Positions 8,577 to 16,051 of a DNA stretch of 20,000 nt are shown piece after piece. The position numbers were made by a program, and so were the translations under genes. The stretch lies in sequence record DRR723986_5754. One strand, given 5' to 3'. Each line of letters opens with the position of its first letter. Position 1 is the stretch's first letter. The notes beneath the pieces are model-generated. The model had not been told where the DNA came from. It saw only the letters and a program-made list of their open reading frames with translations, and did no database searches.

Positions 8577-10046
8577 ATGATGGGTTACAAAAAGTTTGCC
8601 TTGGGCAAGCTTGTGTCGCTTGGCACACGCTATTTGCCTTTTGCTGATGTTGCATCGGACGAAGTGCCGCTGTCGCGCTTATTGCGATTGTCACTATTTC
8701 AGGTGACGGTTGGCATGGCGATGGTGCTTTTGGTCGGAACTTTGAACCGAGTCATGATCGTTGAGCTTGATGTTTCTGCAACGCTTGTCGCAACAATGCT
8801 GGCGTTGCCTTTATTGTTTGCACCGTTTCGTGCCTTGATCGGTTTTAAATCAGATAATTTCAAATCAGCCCTTGGGCTTCGACGGTTACCCTACATATTT
8901 AAAGGCACCATGCTGCAATTCGGTGGCTTTGCTATCATGCCATTTGCGCTTTTGGTGCTTTCTGGTTACGGCGAATCTTTTGATGCACCGCGCTGGATCG
9001 GCTTAAGTTCGGCGGCGTTGGCGTTTCTTTTGGTTGGCGCTGGCGTTCACACAGTTCAAACTGTGGGCTTAGCCTTGGCGACAGACCTGGTGCAAGAAGA
9101 AGACCAACCCAAAGTGGTTGGCCTGATGTATGTCATGCTGCTTGTGGGCATGATTATAAGCGCCTTTGCTTTTAGCGCGTTCTTAGAGAATTACACCCCG
9201 GGTAAATTGGTTCAGGTTATTCAAGGGGCTGCGGTGGTTACTATTTTTCTAAATGGAATTGCCATGTGGAAACAAGAGGCCATGGACCGTAATCGTGCCG
9301 CTCGCCCCGTATCTAATGCCAGCTTTACTGATGCTTGGAAACGGCTGACCAAACGGCAAGGCATGGTCAGACATTTAATAATTATAGCGCTTGGTACCGC
9401 TGGCTTTGGGATGGCCGATGTTCTGCTTGAACCTTTTGGAGGTCAAGTATTGGCCATGACTGTCGCGGAAACTACCCGCTTGACTGTCGTTTTGGCATTG
9501 GGAACTTTGTTTGGCTTTGGCTTGGCTTCATACTTGATTGGCAATGGGACGCGACCGGTTGATATGGCGACATACGGTGCTCTTATGGGCGCTCCAGCCT
9601 TCGGTATCGTTATCGCATCAGCTCTTACGCTCGTCGTGCCCCTACTGGTAGTGGCGACTTTTATTGCCGGGTTTGGTGCAGGTTTGTTCGGACACGGTAC
9701 ACTCACTGCCACCATGCGGTCTGCCCCGCGAGATCAAATTGGCCTGTCTCTTGGCGCTTGGGGGGCGGTACAAACAACTGCAGCTGGGGTTGCTATAGCC
9801 GTTGGTGGCATGATTCGTGATTTTATGCTATTATCCCCGGTGGCTGGCGCGTCTGCAGTCGATCCATATATTCCGGTCTTCGCTCTTGAGGCCGTATTGC
9901 TACTTCTCGCCGTGGTGCTGACTTGGCCCCTGCTGAGAAGAGGTAACGGCCTTGACCGGCAAGGTTTGGCCCGAACAGAGAGTGACGATGGTACCAGCGT
10001 GCAAACGGAAGTTATGCCACCGCACGCTTTGAATGAAAAAGTCTAA
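8577..10046 (+). CDS. pucC: PucC, LH2 assembly factor (BCD family, MFS-like)
   Basis: YLPFADVAS…LSRLLRLSLFQVTVGMAMVLLVGTLNRVMIVEL, GLALATDL, DVLLEPFGG, GAWGAVQ; about 12 TM helices; position after pucBA. Confidence 0.93.
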   Translation: MMGYKKFALGKLVSLGTRYLPFADVASDEVPLSRLLRLSLFQVTVGMAMVLLVGTLNRVMIVELDVSATLVATMLALPLLFAPFRALIGFKSDNFKSALGLRRLPYIFKGTMLQFGGFAIMPFALLVLSGYGESFDAPRWIGLSSAALAFLLVGAGVHTVQTVGLALATDLVQEEDQPKVVGLMYVMLLVGMIISAFAFSAFLENYTPGKLVQVIQGAAVVTIFLNGIAMWKQEAMDRNRAARPVSNASFTDAWKRLTKRQGMVRHLIIIALGTAGFGMADVLLEPFGGQVLAMTVAETTRLTVVLALGTLFGFGLASYLIGNGTRPVDMATYGALMGAPAFGIVIASALTLVVPLLVVATFIAGFGAGLFGHGTLTATMRSAPRDQIGLSLGAWGAVQTTAAGVAIAVGGMIRDFMLLSPVAGASAVDPYIPVFALEAVLLLLAVVLTWPLLRRGNGLDRQGLARTESDDGTSVQTEVMPPHALNEKV

Positions 10047-10068
10047 CTGTCCAAATGGGAGGTGAACC

Positions 10069-10683
10069 ATGAAAACGATTATTACACGGCTCTATGCTGA
10101 TGCTGAAGCAGCACATAGTGCGCACAACGCTCTGGTGGAGCGTAACAAGATTGGTGCTGAACATATGAGCGTCGTCAATGCTGGTGCAGACGGCAGCGCA
10201 GTATCAAGCATGATGGAAGCGGGTGTAACGGAAACATACGCTAAAACCTATAATGCGCATATGAGCGATGGGCGTGCATTGCTGGTACTGCGGGCGCCTT
10301 ATGGTACAGCACGGCGAGCCATAGAAACACTTGAAGGCTTCCCTTCTATTGATGCGGGCATTGCCAACGAAAATGTATATGTGCGCACGGACGATATGAA
10401 AGGTTCTGTGCTCACCAATCACCCACTGTTGGCTAGCAACAAATATAGAGAGCTACCCAGCAATCGCATATTTGGTGAAAATCCAATAACGCACAGCCCC
10501 GCTAAGAATTCAGTGATCAGTGGTGGTAAGTTCATTTCCAAGTGGTTTATGCCCATTCAGCTTATTTGGACATCAAAGAAGCCAAGCAAGTCTGTCATAG
10601 CTGGCGGTTTCACATTCTCTTCTATGATGGGCATGGCAACTTTGAGCACCAAAGAGAGAAAGCTTAGTATCTGGAGGATGTAG
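10069..10683 (+). CDS. PucD/PucE-like (LH2 gamma-subunit-related) protein, single ORF
   Basis: Fourth gene of the puc operon with strong RBS GGAGGTGA; soluble 204 aa protein. Called from position (pucBAC-DE order of Rhodobacter capsulatus) and recalled resemblance; not verified by search. Confidence 0.6.
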   Translation: MKTIITRLYADAEAAHSAHNALVERNKIGAEHMSVVNAGADGSAVSSMMEAGVTETYAKTYNAHMSDGRALLVLRAPYGTARRAIETLEGFPSIDAGIANENVYVRTDDMKGSVLTNHPLLASNKYRELPSNRIFGENPITHSPAKNSVISGGKFISKWFMPIQLIWTSKKPSKSVIAGGFTFSSMMGMATLSTKERKLSIWRM

Positions 10684-10721
10684 AGCTTATTTAATAAGCT
10701 TCGACTAGATCAAAAAAGTTT

Positions 10722-10755
10722 GCCACCCATGATTTCAGATCGTGGGTGGCTTTTT
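10722..10755 (+). terminator. Rho-independent terminator of the puc operon, possibly bidirectional
   Basis: GCCACCCATGAT-ttcag-ATCGTGGGTGGC followed by TTTTT; A-tract at 10712-10717 on the other side; lies between convergent genes. Confidence 0.85.
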
Positions 10756-10799
10756 ATATGGGATAAACGGGTAAAAGAAGAAAACCTACCGTGTATGAC

Positions 10800-11969
10800 T
10801 TAGACCCATATGTCGCCCAAAACACGCTTGAAATTGTCGCCTAGCACCATACGAATTTGAGTGTCGGTATAACCGCGACTGATTAAGCCGTCGACCAGAT
10901 CAAATGTTCGCTTGGGGTGATCGAAATCATCAGCATCAATTTTATCGCGGAATTTATAGCTGGCACTATAGCCGGACTTGAGGGCGCTGTAAGCTGGTTC
11001 AGGGATGTCATCGTATCCGTCGAGATCCATATCTGAGCCAATACCCACATGCTCAATGCCTGTTAGTTTCGCTATATAATCAACATGATCAATCACTTGG
11101 GCAATCCCGGTGGGTTCTTTGTCGCTGACAAACATCCGCACGCCGGTTATCCCCATAACACTACCAGCTTTACCCATGGCGACAATGGCATCATCGGGCT
11201 TGCAGCGTACATGGCCGCCCGCCAGTTTTCGCACGTTAGAATGCGTGATCAAAACAGGCTTCTTGGATACCCCAAAAGCATCAAGGGTTGTGCGATCACC
11301 ACAGTGGGACACATCAACGGCCATACCCACTTCGTTCATGCGTTCAACAATAGCAGCGCCGAAGTTGCTCAAGCCGCCGTCACTGCGGTCTGTAGAGCCT
11401 GTGCCAATAAGATTGCGGCTGTTGTAGGTAAGTTGGCTGATGCGTTGCCCCAAATGATAGAATTGGTTTACGTCATCCACAGTGCGGAAATGGTCGGCAT
11501 TTTGAAGGCCAACAATGTATCCGACCCTTTCACCTTTTTTCAGGTCTGCGAAATCATCCATCGAGTCAATCCGGCGCAGTTGGTCGGGGTGCTCAGTAGC
11601 CGTTGCATTCAAGCGCGCAATAAAAGTAGCTGCCTCATCCGCGCCAACCCCCATCGCCGGATGGAACACGTCAATTCCACTTGATAGTACCCGCTTCAAT
11701 TGCGCATCAGGGATAGCAAAACCATCTTGCGTTTTTGGGTTTTCGCTAAAGGCGCTTAACATCAATTGGCCCATGGAAAAGGGCAGGGAAAGCATGTCAA
11801 AAACCTGGGTGCTGTTAACCAGATCAATCGCCCGGGTGCTGTAGGTTTTCGCGTCCGCAGCAAAAACCTGAAAAGCGCCCATGTTGATCATAGGGAAAGC
11901 GATTGTGGTTGCAGCTGCGCGGCTGAGGAATTTACGCCTGCTGAATTTGGATTTAGAAACTTTGGTCAT
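10800..11969 (-). CDS. Tat-exported membrane (renal) dipeptidase-like protein, M19 family
   Basis: Tat motif SRRKFL; QLTYNSRN, DGGLSNFG…MNEVGMAVDVSH, ITHSN, HVGIGSDMD, LGDNFKRV. Confidence 0.85.
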   Translation of the reverse strand: MTKVSKSKFSRRKFLSRAAATTIAFPMINMGAFQVFAADAKTYSTRAIDLVNSTQVFDMLSLPFSMGQLMLSAFSENPKTQDGFAIPDAQLKRVLSSGIDVFHPAMGVGADEAATFIARLNATATEHPDQLRRIDSMDDFADLKKGERVGYIVGLQNADHFRTVDDVNQFYHLGQRISQLTYNSRNLIGTGSTDRSDGGLSNFGAAIVERMNEVGMAVDVSHCGDRTTLDAFGVSKKPVLITHSNVRKLAGGHVRCKPDDAIVAMGKAGSVMGITGVRMFVSDKEPTGIAQVIDHVDYIAKLTGIEHVGIGSDMDLDGYDDIPEPAYSALKSGYSASYKFRDKIDADDFDHPKRTFDLVDGLISRGYTDTQIRMVLGDNFKRVLGDIWV

Positions 11970-12057
11970 TGTCTAACCCTCGTTTGATTTGCAGTGGAAA
12001 CGTTGCTTGTTTCAGGGGCAGCACACCGCATTAGACGAGCTGCCCACTGTTTCATTT

Positions 12058-13947
12058 CTAGGCGATTTGAACGCCGAGGAAGTTCCAATAGTAATAGAAC
12101 CACGCCATAAAGATGCCGCTGAGTGCCACCAGCGTGTAATGAACGCGCCTGCCTACACGCCAATAGCCGTTGCGCCATGCTTGCACCGTAAACCAAAGCA
12201 CTAAAAGGGCGGCAATTGATGCCAAGTCTGGCAACCAAAGTGCCACGCGAAGTGCCGTTGGAATATCAAAGATAATAGTGTCCTGATAAACCGTCAGGAT
12301 CACGAGCATTGATATGACGAAAACTAGGTTCAATGCGCTCAAGCTCAAGGAAGCTTTAATAGCCGTGCGCTCTCCGCCTTGCATGGCTTTATAGTCTTTG
12401 CGGCGGTAAGCCCACCCTGTCCAAACCGTTAGGAATAAAATGAATGAAACGATGGGCAGAAGAGATTTAAAGATGCCGGTTTCCACGCCCGGTGCCCGAG
12501 TAGCGGCGAGGAAAGGGATGCCATCGAAGAATAAATCCCGGATATTACCAGCTTCATCTTCGCCGAACGCAATGACCATGCGGCCATCTACTTGACGGAA
12601 AAGATTGTCACCAATTTCAACAAATTGCCTGGGCTCACCAAAGCCTGAGATGATAAGCGTATTATTGGCAGATGGGGCAACCGCCAAACCACCGGCCAAG
12701 GCCGCTGCTTTCTCCAGCGTGGATTGGTTGTGACGCCACATTTTATACTCGCCTGCATAGCGGCCCGCGCGCTCCGTGAAGCCATCAGGCGGCGTGATTT
12801 GCTCCAGTGGCTGCGGATAATAATGGTCATAAAACAGTTGGATAAGCTCACCACGTGCTTTACCGCCCTTAATGCCCATATAGGAAACATAGATGCCCAG
12901 GTTTTCTTCCTGGTCCAGCATAAGATTTGAATGAAACAGGGTGGTATCGCCGCCGTGGCCAACAAGGTGATGACCGTTGATCGAATTTTCGTAAAAACCA
13001 TGTGCCATACTGGCAAGCCGGTCATCATGCGCAAATAGACGCGAAAGGGTAAGCTTAACTGTTTCTGGTTTTAAAATTTGGACACCGTTCAAGCTACCAT
13101 CGCCCAGATACGCCAGCATAAATTTGGCCATGTCAGAAGCGGTCGAAGACAGAGAACCCGCTGGGCCGAAGCTTGCGATTATCTCAAATGGTTTGGCGGT
13201 GTAGGCACCCTGTTCCCGTTTGTAGCCCATAGCCATTATGCCAGTAAGGTCTTCAGGCAAAGGCTCCCGAAAAGTAGACTTTGTCATGCCAAGCGGTTCA
13301 AAAATCTTTTGCTCCAAATATTCGTTAAAGGGAATGCCTGAAACGTTTTCGACGATATGCCCCGCTAATGTTGTTGCATAATTTGAATAGGCCGAATAAG
13401 CGCCGGGCTTATTGATGCGCCGAGGCATATATTTTTCCAGCGCGACATTTAAGGGCAATATGCTGTCGGGATCACTAACGATCAGGTAGCCTAGTGCGCC
13501 TTCTTCAAAGCCCGATGTGTGGGTTAAAATGTGTGTGAGCGTAATAGGCTCGTCGTAAGTATCTGGAATTTGGAATGTTTTAAGATACGTGTTTACGTCA
13601 GCATTTAAATCCAGGTTACCTGCCTCAACCTGTTGCATCACGGCCGTCCAGGTGAACAGTTTTGAAATGGACCCTGGCCGAAACATGGTGTTGTCGCCAG
13701 TTACAGGAATACGTTTTTCTTGATCAGCAAAGCCGTAGCCTTTTGACAGGGCTATTTTGCCGTCTTTAACAATTGAAAGTGAGACAGCCGGAATATCCAG
13801 CGCAGTCATTTGGGTTTCAATCATTGAATCCATAAAGACTTCAAGACTTGGAAGGCTGTCTTTTTCGGCGGTATCTTCTGTTGGTTGTGCTTGCACGGTG
13901 AACACGGCAAATACGGCCATAAAACTACTGATTAAAAAGCGTTTCAT
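12058..13947 (-). CDS. Serine hydrolase of the beta-lactamase/PBP-like (S12) family with C-terminal membrane anchor
   Basis: Signal peptide …VQA-QP; SxxK (PGSISK), LTHTSG, YSN (AYSNY), HGGD; three hydrophobic helices at the C-terminus. Confidence 0.88.
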   Translation of the reverse strand: MKRFLISSFMAVFAVFTVQAQPTEDTAEKDSLPSLEVFMDSMIETQMTALDIPAVSLSIVKDGKIALSKGYGFADQEKRIPVTGDNTMFRPGSISKLFTWTAVMQQVEAGNLDLNADVNTYLKTFQIPDTYDEPITLTHILTHTSGFEEGALGYLIVSDPDSILPLNVALEKYMPRRINKPGAYSAYSNYATTLAGHIVENVSGIPFNEYLEQKIFEPLGMTKSTFREPLPEDLTGIMAMGYKREQGAYTAKPFEIIASFGPAGSLSSTASDMAKFMLAYLGDGSLNGVQILKPETVKLTLSRLFAHDDRLASMAHGFYENSINGHHLVGHGGDTTLFHSNLMLDQEENLGIYVSYMGIKGGKARGELIQLFYDHYYPQPLEQITPPDGFTERAGRYAGEYKMWRHNQSTLEKAAALAGGLAVAPSANNTLIISGFGEPRQFVEIGDNLFRQVDGRMVIAFGEDEAGNIRDLFFDGIPFLAATRAPGVETGIFKSLLPIVSFILFLTVWTGWAYRRKDYKAMQGGERTAIKASLSLSALNLVFVISMLVILTVYQDTIIFDIPTALRVALWLPDLASIAALLVLWFTVQAWRNGYWRVGRRVHYTLVALSGIFMAWFYYYWNFLGVQIA

Positions 13948-14002
13948 TTTTATCCCCTTATATTTTTAGCATTTTTTATTGTTCTTATAATTAGTTGCGC
14001 GG

Positions 14003-14980
14003 TTACCCCCACAAGGCAGGAGTTGGTATTGAAACAATGCCGCCGTCCGCATATTGCAGCGCATTGTCGATGTCTTGTTCGAAATAGAGCGGGCCATCAA
14101 TGTCAACAAAGCGACAAAATTGCCCAATGACATAAGCAGGTGCCATTGACAGGGATGACCCTGTCATGTTGCCGACCATCAGTGCCTTACCGTCTGCTTG
14201 TGCGCGCTCAACAATTTTAAGCCCCTCCGTAAGACCACCGCATTTATCAAGCTTGATGTTAATAACATCGTAGCGCCGAGCCGCTGTTTCATATTCTGAA
14301 AGGTCAAGACAACTTTCGTCTGCACCCAGCGGCACAGTTGATTTGAAGCCTTCAAGGTCTTCATCAGCGCCGCGTTTCAGAGGCTGTTCAATCATTGCAA
14401 TGCCAAGGCGTTCAACCTGTGGGATATAGTTTTTCAGCTCGTCAAAAGACCAGCCTTGGTTCACATCCACCACCATGGTGGCGTCTGGCCGGGCCGCCCT
14501 TATGGCTTCTAGCCTTGCGATGGGATCATCACCGCTTAATTTGATCTTGAGATTTGCATATTTTGACAGGGTGGTTGCGGCTAAAGCCATTTTTTCTGGT
14601 GTATCGATACCCACTGTCGCCACCGTGGCAATAGGCTTTGGCTTTACCTTCACCATATCCCATACTGTGTGGCTGCTTTTCTTCGCCTGCAAGTCCCATA
14701 ATGCACAATCAAGCGCATTGCGCGCTCCGCCCGGTGGTAGCAATGCCTGAACTTTCTCAGTGGTCAGGCCTGCCTCAACAGATTTTCTCACGGTTTCTAG
14801 CTGTGCAATGATGGTTTCGGCGGTTTCATCCGTGTAATACACACCAATCGCTTCGCCGCGCCCGCGAAAGCCGTCTTCTTCTAGGGTAACCCAAACTGCA
14901 TCCGTAGCTTCGAATACATAGCCTGTAATGACAAACGGTGTGGTTAATTTAAAAGCGTTAAGCTCAATGGTCATTTTCAT
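14003..14980 (-). CDS. dgcA: Dipeptide epimerase / N-acetyl-D-glutamate racemase (enolase superfamily, MLE subgroup)
   Basis: GGARNALDCALWDL, KIK, metal ligands DVNQGW / IEQP / ADES, INIKLDKCGGLT, DIDGP; 1 bp downstream of dgcN. Confidence 0.82.
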   Translation of the reverse strand: MKMTIELNAFKLTTPFVITGYVFEATDAVWVTLEEDGFRGRGEAIGVYYTDETAETIIAQLETVRKSVEAGLTTEKVQALLPPGGARNALDCALWDLQAKKSSHTVWDMVKVKPKPIATVATVGIDTPEKMALAATTLSKYANLKIKLSGDDPIARLEAIRAARPDATMVVDVNQGWSFDELKNYIPQVERLGIAMIEQPLKRGADEDLEGFKSTVPLGADESCLDLSEYETAARRYDVINIKLDKCGGLTEGLKIVERAQADGKALMVGNMTGSSLSMAPAYVIGQFCRFVDIDGPLYFEQDIDNALQYADGGIVSIPTPALWG

Positions 14981-14981
14981 G

Positions 14982-15998
14982 TCACGGGTTTCCTAGCAGG
15001 TATTCGATAATGGGCGTGGTGCCCCCAACAAGGGGGTCAACACACGGCAGACCGGTGCTCTCGGCTAAAGCCTGCAAATAGGCTTGACGCTCTTTTTCGG
15101 GCAGGGTGGATGTATTCACAGCGATACCAACGCATTTGATCGCCGGATTAACCTGGCTGCCAATGGCTATAGTGCGCTCGATAACCGCTTCGATGGATGG
15201 TAATTCGAACTCCGGCCAGCCTTCAATGTGTGTGCGGCCTGCTTCTGTGCACACAACAAAAGCGTCTGGCTGTGACCCAATGAGTAGACCGTAACTGACT
15301 GCGCCGTATCCGGGATGGAAAATACCGCCTTGGCCTTCGACAATGTCCCAGTGGTCAGGGCTATTATCTGGCGACAGCAGTTCTGCAGCACCAGATATGA
15401 AATCAGCGACCACTGAATCGATAGGAATACCCTCTCCTGCAATCATAATACCTGTTTGGCCGCTGGCACGAAAAGTGGCATCTATTGAAGCCGCTTTCAT
15501 GTCACGCTCCAGCGCAAGGGCCGTATATTTCTTGCCAAGCGCGCAATCAGTACCCACGGTTAGTAGGCGCTTTCCGGTACGTTTTATACCTGTGCCAACG
15601 GGTAGCTCTTCAGGTGGTATGCGTACGTCAACCAATGTCGCGCCAGAAGCTTTGGCAGCACTTGCAAGGTTTGGGTTATCATTCAGCTTGGAATGGACGC
15701 CTGCGACAATATCCAGCCCTTTTGAGGCGGCTTCTTTAAGAAGGGGTAACCATTTTTCCGGGATTCCACCACCTACAGCGGCTGTGCCAACAATTAGTGA
15801 ACGAATGCCTGCTTGCACGGCTTCATCCACGGTCATGTCAGGTACGCCCAAGTTTACGGTGCCGCCAGCCAGTCTTATCTGCCCAAGGCATAGGTCTGGA
15901 CGCCATTGAACGATGCCCGCGCCCGTTTTGGCGTAAGTTATTTCTGTTTCATCGCCGACAAAAATTAGGTAGGGCGCTTTTATTTCAATTTTTTTCAT
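14982..15998 (-). CDS. dgcN: DUF1611-family protein, D-glutamate N-acetyltransferase
   Basis: AKTGAGIVQWRP, RLLTVGTDCALGKKYTAL (P-loop-like), FRASGQTGIMI, DFISGAAE, VEGQG; paired with dgcA. Confidence 0.85.
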   Translation of the reverse strand: MKKIEIKAPYLIFVGDETEITYAKTGAGIVQWRPDLCLGQIRLAGGTVNLGVPDMTVDEAVQAGIRSLIVGTAAVGGGIPEKWLPLLKEAASKGLDIVAGVHSKLNDNPNLASAAKASGATLVDVRIPPEELPVGTGIKRTGKRLLTVGTDCALGKKYTALALERDMKAASIDATFRASGQTGIMIAGEGIPIDSVVADFISGAAELLSPDNSPDHWDIVEGQGGIFHPGYGAVSYGLLIGSQPDAFVVCTEAGRTHIEGWPEFELPSIEAVIERTIAIGSQVNPAIKCVGIAVNTSTLPEKERQAYLQALAESTGLPCVDPLVGGTTPIIEYLLGNP

Positions 15999-16051
15999 AT
16001 GAACTCAATGTGATTAATTTTGTGGGTGCGCAGTTCATTCTTCGTTGCTGA

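Noticed and set aside
11085-11684. 199-aa plus-strand ORF, and similar antisense ORFs at 6085-6582, 15343-15909 and 18517-19062
   Set aside because: They lie wholly opposite well-supported genes, have no recognisable motifs and look like antisense shadows.
11966-12238. 90-aa minus-strand ORF bridging the serine hydrolase and the dipeptidase
   Set aside because: It mostly overlaps the hydrolase in another frame and has no RBS or recognisable features; the dipeptidase has its own RBS (GAGGG).
12058-13947. Calling this serine hydrolase, or the one at 19155-20000, an antibiotic-resistance beta-lactamase
   Set aside because: SxxK/YxN motifs are shared across the whole family. This protein has HGG rather than the KTG of AmpC, the other is truncated before that motif, and the context is catabolic.
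15999-16038. ATGAACT…AGTTCAT inverted repeat next to the dgcN start as a translational switch
   Set aside because: Only a 7-bp AT-rich stem with a 26-nt loop; compatible with chance.
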